Shown here: positions 1-9,038 of the stretch, in pieces
Numbering within the stretch: position 1 is the first letter of the stretch
How the letters are laid out: each line of letters opens with the position of its first letter
Assembly (NCBI GenBank): GCA_050180745.1
Contig: JBFXDW010000001.1
Span: forward strand, 1-44,586
Reading direction: 5' to 3'
DNA length: 44,586 bases
Origin: Bdellovibrionales bacterium
Lineage (GTDB): Bacteria > Pseudomonadota > Alphaproteobacteria > UBA9219
Program-made: the position numbers and the translations under genes
Notes under the pieces: model-generated
Databases searched by the model: none
What the model saw: only the letters and a program-made list of their open reading frames with translations
What the model was told of the DNA's origin: nothing

Positions 1-1558
1 CGTTCCGATCCAGCGGGTATTTGATCTGCGCGCTATTGGTCATCACGATCATGCTATGGGTGTATTTTTCATAAGTGCCAGAAAAATGCGTGGCGTAATC
101 TGGCATATAGGCTGACAGATCAAGCTCCCGCTCAATACGCATGGTCGCCAGATTGACAAGTGTCATACTTGTCCCATCGCACGTCCAAAGCTGGCCATTT
201 TGCGGCAATGACCGATTGCCTTGGATATTGTATCCGGCGGACATCTCTACATCATCAACATGCGCGACATAGCCCGAATTAATATCCCATTTGACGATAC
301 GGCCAAGACCATTAAACTTGAAGTAAAGGCATCCCGTGGTGTCATCCCAAAAAACAGCATCTGGATTATCGCCGCCTGTATAAGCTGAACAATCCGTTTC
401 TTCCACTTTATCTACGCCCAAAAGATTGAAAGAAACCTTCTTGGCGTAAGAGGCCGAGATTTGCCAGATATTGCCGATCCCATCTTCGCAAAGCGGGGCC
501 TCGCTATAATGATATGGCAGGACTTCGGATAGATCGTGTAAAAGCTCAAAATCCGTGTTGTAGATTTTGCGGGAACGGGGGACAAGGATTTTCTTCCCCT
601 GAATAGTTCCGGTTACGCTGAATCCTATCCGGCTTTTGGTTTTCTTCATGACGGCTAAAGTTTCAGGATGCCTTTTTACAAGGTGCATCCCCACGCCGTA
701 AGCGTCCGAGGCGTGATAGAAATAGCCTTCATCATCTAGCCCCCAAAGATTGCCATATAAACCGTAATCATCATCGAAGGAAACGTTTAGTAAAAGCGCG
801 TTGTTAATAAGATCATATTTATAAATCGTGTGAGCACCCGTAAAGCCAAACAAAGTCCCTTCGGTTGGATTTATAATCCCGCCATCATGAAACATAGAAG
901 ACACTGCGGGCAGAATTACTGCATCACATGACATTGTGCCATTGCCGACAACCTCCGCGCTGATGCTAGGAATCCTGTTTGAGAAATCAGCAAGCTGCAA
1001 ATCGGTAAAGACAAGATAGCAAATGCCTCGGTGCGCGGGGACGTTTCCCGTACCGAGGTTGATTTCCATCGTGCTATCTGGCTCTTGGTCTTCTGTCCCA
1101 AGGTGCATACGAATTACGCCTGGATATTTTTCTGTGGCCGAGGTGTTAGACGAGCTTGCGTCATAAATGAGCTTCGTATCTGCCCAGATGCGCCGAATGT
1201 TTGAAACTGGCCCAGCACACAAGGCCACAGCAAAAGAGACTGAATAGGTATAGCTGACTTGCGTGGCCCCACCACCGCCTTTACCGCCTGCGCTGCTTTC
1301 ATGCCGTGTTTCCTTAAGATCAGTTGACCAGATAACATTTCCTGAAACGCGCATTGTGCCATAGACAAGCTGGATCGTTCCCCCGTAGGTGGATGACTGA
1401 ACTGAAAGATCGTCAAGCTTTGAGCCTTCAACGGTACTGCTATTCTGCCCAAGGAGAAGATTCCCCAGCATCACGCCGCCCATCCAACCGATAGTCGCGC
1501 CAATGCCCGCAGCGGACGTTAAGCCAGCACCGACCAAACCAATTGCAAGAACAGCCAT
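1..1558 (-). CDS. Tail baseplate/host-specificity protein, RcGTA g15-like; N-terminal 519 codons only, ORF runs off the left edge
   Basis: ATG at 1558-1556 shares 1 nt with the upstream stop (TAATG). The frame stays open to nt 2, so it is missing from the ORF track (no stop in window). My translation begins MAVLAIGLVGAGLTSAAGIGATIGWMGG...EGSKLDDLSVQSSTYGGTIQLVYGTMRVSGNVIWSTDL, which is the typical N-terminus of GTA-type host-specificity proteins. The gene order g12-g13-g14-g15 is conserved. Confidence 0.85.
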   Translation of the reverse strand, partial: MAVLAIGLVGAGLTSAAGIGATIGWMGGVMLGNLLLGQNSSTVEGSKLDDLSVQSSTYGGTIQLVYGTMRVSGNVIWSTDLKETRHESSAGGKGGGGATQVSYTYSVSFAVALCAGPVSNIRRIWADTKLIYDASSSNTSATEKYPGVIRMHLGTEDQEPDSTMEINLGTGNVPAHRGICYLVFTDLQLADFSNRIPSISAEVVGNGTMSCDAVILPAVSSMFHDGGIINPTEGTLFGFTGAHTIYKYDLINNALLLNVSFDDDYGLYGNLWGLDDEGYFYHASDAYGVGMHLVKRHPETLAVMKKTKSRIGFSVTGTIQGKKILVPRSRKIYNTDFELLHDLSEVLPYHYSEAPLCEDGIGNIWQISASYAKKVSFNLLGVDKVEETDCSAYTGGDNPDAVFWDDTTGCLYFKFNGLGRIVKWDINSGYVAHVDDVEMSAGYNIQGNRSLPQNGQLWTCDGTSMTLVNLATMRIERELDLSAYMPDYATHFSGTYEKYTHSMIVMTNSAQIKYPLDRN

Positions 1559-2001
1559 TATTCGGAACCTACAAAGACAGGATAACGATAAGCGGACACA
1601 ATACGGTTGCGCCAAGTATCATCAAGCCCATGTTCAACGACTTCCCCTGCGCGGGAATAGCTGTGAATGATCCCCCTGTCCGTGATAAGAGCGACATGTT
1701 GTGGCTCTCGCCCCCAAGTCATGTAGTAAATATCTGCCAGCGTTGCTTCTTGGACAGGGATTTGCACAAGCCACGTTGCAAGAGCTTGGCGCATGATGCG
1801 AGGGTTGGGCATCATGGAATAATTGTTGAACTTTCTGGCCGTGGCTGACTTGGGATCATAGTCCACAAGCTCCAAAGCCATGCCAACGCCCTTAATCAAC
1901 CCTATGCAGTCGCAACCAGCACCGCGCACAAAAGCCTGATGCTTGAAGGGCGTGTGAAGCCATTTACGGGCTTCAAGAATTGCGTCATTTCTATTTGCCA
2001 T
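1558..2001 (-). CDS. NlpC/P60 family cell-wall peptidase (RcGTA g14-like tail-associated peptidase)
   Basis: ORF 1558..2037, with the start moved to ATG 2001 (MANRNDAILEARKWLHTPFKHQAFVRGAGCDCIGLIKG). It carries the catalytic Cys context CDCIGL and lies after the DUF2163-type gene. Confidence 0.85.
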   Translation of the reverse strand: MANRNDAILEARKWLHTPFKHQAFVRGAGCDCIGLIKGVGMALELVDYDPKSATARKFNNYSMMPNPRIMRQALATWLVQIPVQEATLADIYYMTWGREPQHVALITDRGIIHSYSRAGEVVEHGLDDTWRNRIVSAYRYPVFVGSE

Positions 2002-2863
2002 CAGGATATGAAAGAACCTCATCTGTGCCAGGCACATAAGGTTCTCCTCTAAAGTTTACGCCATTGTCATAACGGGAACAGCACGTCTCGAAGCTCTTAT
2101 CGCAGCCAGGGGATGCCGTATATTCATCATCCACCGCGATTTCAGAAGGCATGGGTAGAAAAAGCTCAAACACGCCAGCCGCAAAAGAGCGGATTTCCAT
2201 TACGCGCCCAGCGTTCGCGCCGCTTGTCCATGTGATAAGGCCAGCGTTAAAATAATCGTCATCTTCTGTGCGTGTGCTATCTGTAAAGCCATAACGACTT
2301 GCCGCGCAGGAGCTTAGCGAAGGCGGGTCCGAAACCTCGGTTACTGATCCAGAAACGGTCAAAGCCTCAAGATCAACACAACACCGATCATCGCCCAGAT
2401 CAGCGCGGCAATCTGGCGTATAAAGCTCACCGATATTTTGAGAAAGAAGCTGGGTTAGGCCTCGAAGTTCAGCTCTATAAAGGGTGTCTTTAAGCTCTAC
2501 TTGCCCGATCATGCCGCGTTTGAGAATGATTTTCCCTTGGTCAAGATCATCCCAATTGACGATAAAAATCAAAACTTCGGCATTGTCCCAAAGGCCGTCC
2601 CGCAAATCCTGTGCGGTGATCGCTTCGCTATCAAACGCACTTTCAATATCCAAATTATCAACGGATAAATCAGAAATGGTTTGAATAGCAGTGCGTGTGT
2701 AGCCCGTCCTCGCTTCATAGGTCACGTCATCAATCACTAGATCCCGATCAAAGTCAGTAAAGCCGAAAACCGTGCTATCTTTTCGCGTAACCTTCCAACA
2801 GGTCGCAAGGCTAGTGGTCTCGCCCGCAATATGTGCGGCAAGTTGAGTGGAAGCTGATTTCAT
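1991..2863 (-). CDS. Tail hub protein, DUF2163 / phage BR0599 family (RcGTA g13-like)
   Basis: 290-aa ORF with N-terminus MKSASTQLAAHIAGETTSLATCWKVTRKDSTVFGFTDFDRDL and a C-terminal Cys cluster CDKSFETCCSRYDN. Its position between the DUF2460-type and NlpC/P60 genes fits. Confidence 0.8.
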   Translation of the reverse strand: MKSASTQLAAHIAGETTSLATCWKVTRKDSTVFGFTDFDRDLVIDDVTYEARTGYTRTAIQTISDLSVDNLDIESAFDSEAITAQDLRDGLWDNAEVLIFIVNWDDLDQGKIILKRGMIGQVELKDTLYRAELRGLTQLLSQNIGELYTPDCRADLGDDRCCVDLEALTVSGSVTEVSDPPSLSSCAASRYGFTDSTRTEDDDYFNAGLITWTSGANAGRVMEIRSFAAGVFELFLPMPSEIAVDDEYTASPGCDKSFETCCSRYDNGVNFRGEPYVPGTDEVLSYPDGK

Positions 2864-2866
2864 ATG

Positions 2867-3466
2867 TTAAATCCGTAGCTCTATAATAGGAATGTCCGAC
2901 CATTCATTGAGATTGAAGTTTTCAATCGTCACATCCATCGTGTCGGTATCGAAGCGCACAGGAACGTCAAACTCAAAGTCTGCTGTGATAATCGTGCCAC
3001 TTTCTGGAGCTTCTGAAAAAGTAACAATGCCTGTTGTCGTATCTACTGAAACGCCAGTTATGACTTCATTCCCATCGGCATAAATGACCACCGTTCCTGA
3101 AGCTGGCTTAGTGATGGCGCGCGTTTCGCTTCCTGCGCCGGATTTATATTCTTTAATCAGTTGAAATGTTTGTGTTTCATCATCGCCAAGCCCGATTTGT
3201 TGGGCTGTTGCCGTGTAATCTGTCCAGTCCTTAAAACGGAAACCGTGAGCCTTACCCTTACGGGCGCGGAAAAAGGCAATCAGAATTTCAAGCTGGCTGG
3301 CCTTTTTAAGACCAGATGACACATCCCATTGACCACGCGCAGAACTCCAGTTCTGGTTTCTTTGTTCGTAACCAGAAGCCGTCGAGATAACGGACGTGGA
3401 ATAAGCGGGACCACCCGACGCACCATAGGCAATGTCATCGGGAAAACGCACTTCGTGGAAGGTCAT
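2867..3466 (-). CDS. Distal tail protein, DUF2460/TIGR02217 family (RcGTA g12-like)
   Basis: 199-aa ORF. The N-terminus MTFHEVRFPDDIAYGASGGPAYSTSV is the family signature. Gene order agrees. Confidence 0.8.
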   Translation of the reverse strand: MTFHEVRFPDDIAYGASGGPAYSTSVISTASGYEQRNQNWSSARGQWDVSSGLKKASQLEILIAFFRARKGKAHGFRFKDWTDYTATAQQIGLGDDETQTFQLIKEYKSGAGSETRAITKPASGTVVIYADGNEVITGVSVDTTTGIVTFSEAPESGTIITADFEFDVPVRFDTDTMDVTIENFNLNEWSDIPIIELRI

Positions 3467-3471
3467 TGTGA

Positions 3472-4269
3472 TTAGACTTCTATAAATATTTTTCCAGCGG
3501 AAAAGGTTTGGGCTTGACCTGATAGAAGGACTCTCTCTCCTTGCAACTCACACTGCAAAGCGCCACCACGCTGTGATAACTGACGAGCAAAGAGCTTATC
3601 TTTATTAAGTCTCTTTGCCCAATAAGGAACTAGCATGCTATGTGCAGATCCCGTTACTGGATCCTCTTCTAAAGGCTCTCCTGGACAGAAGAAGCGACTT
3701 ACGAAATCACAGTCTAATCCAGGAGCTGTCACAGAAACCCAACGATCAAGTTTAGCAAGCATTTTAAAGTCAGGAACTATATTCCTAATATCTTCCTCGC
3801 TTTCATAAACAAGCATATACTCACGTTTTACATGGCACTCTTTCGGTGCCTTGCCACCACATCCAAGAACGGCCTCTTTCGGAGCTTCCTCTACAGGGCT
3901 AGGAACCCATGAAGGCAAATCTAAAGTTAAAAAAGAGGCCTCTTTTTTAACGTTCAAATCTCCAGAAAAGCGAGTATAAAACTTGATCTCATTTCCTTGA
4001 TAATTGAGATGATCAAATATGACGTGTGCTGCTGCCATGGTTGCATGACCACACAAGTCTATTTCTCCTATAGACGTTGTAAACCAGCGCAAATCAAATC
4101 CATCATCCTTTTGAACAATAAAAGCTGTTTCAGATTGATTATGCTCAGTCGTTATAGATTGCAGTAATTCATCAGGAACCCATTTGGGCAAAACACAAAC
4201 CGCCGCAGGACACCCAGAAAAAAGTTCAGAGGCAAATGCATCAACTAAAAAAACATCTATAAACGACAT
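3472..4269 (-). CDS. PhzF-family (phenazine biosynthesis-like) isomerase-fold protein; moron inside the tail operon
   Basis: 265-aa ORF. Motifs seen: FLVDAFASELFSGCPAAVCVL, NQSETAFIV, CGHATMAAAHV, FFCPGEPLEEDPVTGSAH. An AGGA RBS precedes ATG 4269. The stretch is visibly more AT-rich than the flanking tail genes. Confidence 0.8.
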   Translation of the reverse strand: MSFIDVFLVDAFASELFSGCPAAVCVLPKWVPDELLQSITTEHNQSETAFIVQKDDGFDLRWFTTSIGEIDLCGHATMAAAHVIFDHLNYQGNEIKFYTRFSGDLNVKKEASFLTLDLPSWVPSPVEEAPKEAVLGCGGKAPKECHVKREYMLVYESEEDIRNIVPDFKMLAKLDRWVSVTAPGLDCDFVSRFFCPGEPLEEDPVTGSAHSMLVPYWAKRLNKDKLFARQLSQRGGALQCELQGERVLLSGQAQTFSAGKIFIEV

Positions 4270-4298
4270 ATTCTTTTCCTTTCATATTTACAGAATGA

Positions 4299-6821
4299 CT
4301 ATACATTCCTTTTTACTCGTTTCAACCTTTTAGCAGCCTGCGACATAATCTGTCCCTGACTTGCACGGAAGCTGTCAGCGTTTGGCGTTGATACATTCAT
4401 GACCAAATTGACGCTTGAAGAACGGCGGCTTCGATCTTTCTTGGAAATGACTTCTTCGCCGCGTTGCAAAATGGCCGGAACTTCATCTGGTTTAAGGCCA
4501 GCGATCCCTCCGCTATGGTAGCGTGGTGCGCCCGCAAATACATGAGCTGGGACAGCACGTTTTGTTGTGGGATCACCAACCGTCCCCCCTTCATGGAAAA
4601 ACGAACTGATAATACTTCCTAAGAAACCACCGCTTGAATCACCGCTGCCTGTCAAACTGTTAAACAGAGGCGTTGTAATGCTCTGTTGAACAAGCATCCG
4701 CGTAATATCTTCAATGATTGAACTTGCAAAGTCATTAAGACTGCTCAAGCTAATCTCACCAGACGTAACCATACTGACAATCGCGTCCTCCGTTCCTTGC
4801 ATGGCTTCGGAAAAAACGCCTTCTATCGTTGTCGCTGTATCGGTTGCGCTGTCTTTATAGTTTTGAAAAGCACGAACAACTCCAGCGGCAGGATCCGTGC
4901 GCGAGGCAAGAAGATCGGCATCAGCTCCAGCCAAGGCGTTATTATAAGTGCCTTGGCTGATAGCCCCCGCATCTAGCAGTTGGTTAAGACGCGCTACTTT
5001 TTCCGCATAAAGTTCTGTTGCCGTCTTCGCTTCGTCTGTTAAATCTCGACCTTCTTCGCGGAGCCGATCAAGTTGTTCCTGAGCAGCCTTTTGATCATAG
5101 TAAGCTCCAGCAAGATCGCGCACTTGTGCTGCAAGTTGAGGCGAAGCCGTAGCGGGCAACGAGTTAACAGCTTCTTCTATAGCAAGCTGCCGAGCGGTCA
5201 TGCCCAGCTCTTCCATCTTATCGTTTAGGCCATCAATAACTTTCTGTGCTTCGGTGAAAGCTTTTTCATCAAAAATCTGACCAGCATAAAGTTTTGTCTG
5301 ATCGCGTTGCTCTTTTGTTGCCTTCCCAGACAAACGCGCAACAGCCTGATCAATAAAAGCCTGCCGCTCATCACTCATGCCAAGCAGCTTTTGCTTCAGA
5401 TCATCAACAATCTTCTGATTGGCATTGGCTTCTTTTTGTGCAGCTGCTGCAATGGGATCTTGAATAGCAGAGATTTTCATGCCCACTGCTTTTCGCACCG
5501 TTTCTATAGAAGAATCGATAATATCGCTATTTTTGTCTGTACGAGCCTTCTCCAATAAGGCCAGAGTTTGCTCCATACCTTCATTGATCTTTTGGATTTG
5601 GTAAGCAGGATTTTTTCCAAGAGACTTTTCAATAAGTTCTGCATAAGGTTGCGTGGTTTGGTTTATCAAAGATAAGACACGTTCTTCCTCTGCTGCTTTT
5701 AAGCCTTCTTCTGCCTGTTTCTTTTCCTCTTTTTCAGTCTCAATCTCTTTTTTTAATTTTTTAATTCGGTTGCGAAGCTCATCTGCACGTTCTGTATCAT
5801 CTGCAACTTTACCTCTTTTCAAGAACATCGCTGGGATATCGCGATTTTCTTCAAGTTCTTTTTCGACTTCAGCTAATTCTTTTACCGCATCACTCAGTTG
5901 TTTACTCAGCGACCCCGCAGAAACAACTTCCGTGGTAATTCTAAATGTTGAAGCAAGCTTGTTTAGGACGGCTTCGGCTGTTCCTCCAACGGTTTCTGTT
6001 TTACCAATGGTCTTGAGCATGTCGTCCCAAGCAACTGACAAACGATGCGCTGCACCCGTTAGGCCTTGTGCTTCTGCGCGGCCTGCACCGCCCACCTGCC
6101 CAGCCAGGGCATCAAGAATAAGCCCCTGTGCTTTGGCCAGATCGCCAGTTTTGACGAAGTTGGCGATAATCTTTTTCTGCTCATCGCTGAAACTAACGCC
6201 AACGCGCTTCAAGGCCGTGATGCCTGTAATAGGATCTTCAAGAGCTTTACCAAGCTGCGTGACGGAACCCCGCAGATCCTGTCCAAACACTGCCGACATA
6301 TCTTGGGCTAAATGAATGGATCTTTTAAACGTGTCACCCGTAACAGAACGAAACGTAGCCATAATACCGATAGCACCAGTCACTTCTTCTGAACTGGAAA
6401 GCGTGCTTTTCTCGATCCCATCGGCAAGCTCAAACATATTTTGTTTGGTTAGCCCTGCAGCATAGCCTGTTGCCTTCAAAACACCTTGGAGGCGGTTTTG
6501 AACTTGTTCCTCCTCCATCGTTGCCGCATAGGCAGCTTTAAGACCTAAAGTTACCGCCGCCAAGGCTGCCGCAGCAGCAAGTCCTGCGGGGCCGATCGCA
6601 GCAAGCCCCGATCCTAACGGCCCCATTTGAGAAGCCAGTCCTGTCGCTGCGCCCTTAACGTCATTGGCGGCAGCTCCGACAGCCCTTAGTGCTGTGGAGG
6701 CAGGTTTGCCAGCTTTGACAATCTCCTGCATAGATTTCTTGCCTGTCTTGCCAAACGAGACAAGCTGGGCTTGTCCCGTTTTTCCATCAACGACAAGCCG
6801 CACAGCGATGTTATGAGCCAT
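4299..6821 (-). CDS. Tail tape measure protein
   Basis: 840-aa ORF directly downstream of the G/G-T chaperone pair. It has long Ala/Glu/Lys-rich coiled-coil stretches and N-terminal hydrophobic Gly/Ala segments. Confidence 0.9.
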   Translation of the reverse strand: MAHNIAVRLVVDGKTGQAQLVSFGKTGKKSMQEIVKAGKPASTALRAVGAAANDVKGAATGLASQMGPLGSGLAAIGPAGLAAAAALAAVTLGLKAAYAATMEEEQVQNRLQGVLKATGYAAGLTKQNMFELADGIEKSTLSSSEEVTGAIGIMATFRSVTGDTFKRSIHLAQDMSAVFGQDLRGSVTQLGKALEDPITGITALKRVGVSFSDEQKKIIANFVKTGDLAKAQGLILDALAGQVGGAGRAEAQGLTGAAHRLSVAWDDMLKTIGKTETVGGTAEAVLNKLASTFRITTEVVSAGSLSKQLSDAVKELAEVEKELEENRDIPAMFLKRGKVADDTERADELRNRIKKLKKEIETEKEEKKQAEEGLKAAEEERVLSLINQTTQPYAELIEKSLGKNPAYQIQKINEGMEQTLALLEKARTDKNSDIIDSSIETVRKAVGMKISAIQDPIAAAAQKEANANQKIVDDLKQKLLGMSDERQAFIDQAVARLSGKATKEQRDQTKLYAGQIFDEKAFTEAQKVIDGLNDKMEELGMTARQLAIEEAVNSLPATASPQLAAQVRDLAGAYYDQKAAQEQLDRLREEGRDLTDEAKTATELYAEKVARLNQLLDAGAISQGTYNNALAGADADLLASRTDPAAGVVRAFQNYKDSATDTATTIEGVFSEAMQGTEDAIVSMVTSGEISLSSLNDFASSIIEDITRMLVQQSITTPLFNSLTGSGDSSGGFLGSIISSFFHEGGTVGDPTTKRAVPAHVFAGAPRYHSGGIAGLKPDEVPAILQRGEEVISKKDRSRRSSSVNLVMNVSTPNADSFRASQGQIMSQAAKRLKRVKRNV

Positions 6822-6823
6822 GC

Positions 6824-7509
6824 TTACCCCTTATTAACTTTTTGATTGATTGCGGTGACAAGGCCTGACTCGCAGGACGGCAAGAGTTCAGCCAGCGCAT
6901 GACTATCGTAGCCCAGAGCTTCGCCAACTTTCATGGCTGCATCCATGTCAATGCCCATAACGCCAAAACCAGCTGCACGAAGTTGTCCTGAACAGCGCAG
7001 AATCACATCCCACGCTTGCCATCCTTCCATTGATTGTGGCTCGTTTTCACAGTAGGGGCAGCGTTTGCCTTCGTGGTTTTCTTTTCCCTTACTGCATGGA
7101 AGATCGGCATCGGCGCACGCGCCGCAATAAGATGGCCCGCCGCCAAAATGCCAGCGGCAACGAGCCTCTAGACGTTTTTTTCAGCTTCAAGGAGAAGGGT
7201 CGGGCTTAAATAGAGACGCTCGAAAGCGTCCGCAACAGGCCACAGATCCATCAACGCTTCTACGCCTGTCTCCGTAACTTCGATTGGATTGTCGTTTTCA
7301 TCTCCAACGCCTTCCCATTCCATAATGGCAAGAACGCCGAGCTTCTTGATAAGGGCCGCGCTTCGACTGCCTGCATCGTCGCTTTCTTCTTTGAGGACAG
7401 AGACACGCGCAGCCATCACGATGGCCGTTGAGGCTGGGCGAACCTTCACACGAACCCCATAGCCCAAATCGAGCCAGTGATCCTCACGTTTTAAATCAAG
7501 CTTAATCAT
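6824..7509 (-). CDS. Tail assembly chaperone G-T type fusion, predicted to be made by a -1 programmed ribosomal frameshift
   Basis: The -1 frame entered at slippery A_AAA_AAC (7180-7174) is open (KKRLEARCRWHFGGGPSYCGACADADLPCSKGKENHEGKRCPYCENEPQS) and runs in frame into ORF 6824..7030 (MEGWQAWDV...). It stops 2 nt before the tape measure ATG. Confidence 0.7.
7168..7509 (-). CDS. Tail assembly chaperone (gpG / RcGTA g10-like)
   Basis: 113-aa acidic ORF between the tail tube and tape measure genes. It ends ...LLLEAEKNV, with the slippery heptamer 3 nt (one codon, GTC) upstream of its stop codon. Confidence 0.8.
   Translation of the reverse strand: MIKLDLKREDHWLDLGYGVRVKVRPASTAIVMAARVSVLKEESDDAGSRSAALIKKLGVLAIMEWEGVGDENDNPIEVTETGVEALMDLWPVADAFERLYLSPTLLLEAEKNV
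7174..7180 (-). promoter_or_regulatory. -1 frameshift slippery heptamer A_AAA_AAC
   Basis: The minus strand reads GCT GAA AAA AAC GTC TAG. This matches the X_XXY_YYZ pattern in the zero frame, in the position expected for tail chaperone G/GT recoding. Confidence 0.7.
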
Positions 7510-8453
7510 TAGGAATAATCCTCCACGTCATTTGTAAGAACCGCTGTCAACATCACGCCTGCGGTTGAGTTTTTGGCAGCTTGCCAGTTGAAAGAAGCCT
7601 GAATGCCGCCAGCACCATCAATCGGAAGCTTGGGTTTAGGCAGGTAAACTTCGTGCGCTGTAAAAATGAGGGAATGGCTGGCATCAATCGTGTATCCAAA
7701 CGACAAAGCCACCGCCGTGTTATCGGTTGCCGCGTCAAGAAGCGTCGTATCGGCAAAGCGCACATCAATAGTACCCGTCAGCGCGGCCACTGTTGGATCC
7801 ACACCTTCAATCTTGCCATCGTCACGGATGGTTTCGATTTTTTCGAGGTTATTGGTGTAGGTGAATTGCGCTCCCGTTACGTTGCCAAGCTGTGAACCAT
7901 CTTTTTTGACGCTTCCTTGAAACTGATTGAAGCGTGTAATGGCAAGTTCGGTTGGTGTTCCGCCCAAGCTGGCCGAGGCGCGATCTTCACCTTGTGCAAT
8001 ACAAGAAAGCGTTGCGCTTGCCCCACCAGATCTCTCAAAGGAAATCTGCATTGAATTGGCGCGAACACCAGAGTTCATAAAATAACTGGAAGCTTCCGGC
8101 GTCCCGACTTCCAGCGACAAGCTTGGCAAGGCCGTTGCGCCGGATTTGAAAGTATGAACATAAGGTGCTTCTGTGCCCGTTGTAATTGGTGCTCCCAGCA
8201 AGGCACGAAGCCAATAACCAATGTAACGCACGTCAACGGGGACAACCACATCACCCTCAACCGTGATAACGTCACGCATGGGTTGGGCAGGATCACGGCC
8301 TTGCCCCAACAGATCGGACTCGATAAGTCCCTGTTCAGAGCCGAGCTGCGAAGAAATAAAGGGGAACTTGATAAAGTCGCTTGACGGCGCAGTACCATAG
8401 GTGCTTTCAAACTCCCCCAATAGCTGCGCATTAGCTCCGTAAGCTCGTGACAT
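7509..8453 (-). CDS. Major tail (tube) protein
   Basis: 314-aa ORF between the tail-terminator-like gene and the chaperones. The function is assigned mainly from synteny. Confidence 0.7.
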   Translation of the reverse strand: MSRAYGANAQLLGEFESTYGTAPSSDFIKFPFISSQLGSEQGLIESDLLGQGRDPAQPMRDVITVEGDVVVPVDVRYIGYWLRALLGAPITTGTEAPYVHTFKSGATALPSLSLEVGTPEASSYFMNSGVRANSMQISFERSGGASATLSCIAQGEDRASASLGGTPTELAITRFNQFQGSVKKDGSQLGNVTGAQFTYTNNLEKIETIRDDGKIEGVDPTVAALTGTIDVRFADTTLLDAATDNTAVALSFGYTIDASHSLIFTAHEVYLPKPKLPIDGAGGIQASFNWQAAKNSTAGVMLTAVLTNDVEDYS

Positions 8454-8564
8454 GATGTTCTCCTTTTGTTAGCAAGTGTTGCGTTGTGAAGTCATCATGT
8501 TCGCGCCCCCCGCCTTCGCGGGGGCAGGCTCCTGCACGAGACATAACTAACCTCCAGTTTTAGG

Positions 8565-8606
8565 TGAAAGAAAAAAAGCCTTGCCGCGCCGAAGCGGAGC
8601 GAAGGC
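8565..8606 (-). terminator. Putative intrinsic terminator/attenuator downstream of the tail-terminator gene
   Basis: On the minus strand an imperfect GC-rich hairpin (8578-8606, GCCTT...AAGGC outer pairs) is followed by CTTTTTTTCTTTC. A second 7-bp hairpin with a GAAG loop lies at 8507-8524. Confidence 0.45.
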
Positions 8607-8609
8607 GGG

Positions 8610-9038
8610 CTAGCCGAGTTGGCTGGCGGTCGTGTAAACCAATTCGATGGGAACGATGGCGGTATGGACGCTTGGGGCGCCTTCAATCGCCAACGTATCT
8701 GTATCGGGAGCCAAAGGCGTAATCCGATCACATAAGCCCCCCAGCGTCGGGTCGCTTGCAAGGACGGTTGCAATTTTCTGAAACAATCCATCCATCACCT
8801 GATTTCGTGTGTCGCCATCAAGGGCTTGCACAAAGATTTCAAGCGAGGCCTGATGTTCCCAATAGTAAGAAAGTGGGGACAATAGCGTTTCTGGCTCACC
8901 TGGATCACCGTCACGCAAAATAAGAAAGCCCTCTGACGGTATTTTCTCCGGCAAAGGGTCATTGCGCATGATTTTAGGTCCAGAGATTGTTTGCAAAGCC
9001 GCAAACAACGCTTCTAGGACAGCTTCTCTTGTTGTCAT
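8610..9038 (-). CDS. Tail terminator / tail completion protein (DUF3168-like)
   Basis: 142-aa ORF with an ATGA overlap with the upstream gene. It lies immediately upstream of the tail tube gene. Confidence 0.65.
   Translation of the reverse strand: MTTREAVLEALFAALQTISGPKIMRNDPLPEKIPSEGFLILRDGDPGEPETLLSPLSYYWEHQASLEIFVQALDGDTRNQVMDGLFQKIATVLASDPTLGGLCDRITPLAPDTDTLAIEGAPSVHTAIVPIELVYTTASQLG

Noticed and set aside
5653-6315. 220-aa plus-strand ORF (and the nested 81-aa ORF)
   Set aside because: It is antisense to the tape measure gene, and its Ser/Ala/Phe-rich low-complexity translation mirrors the coiled-coil codons opposite.
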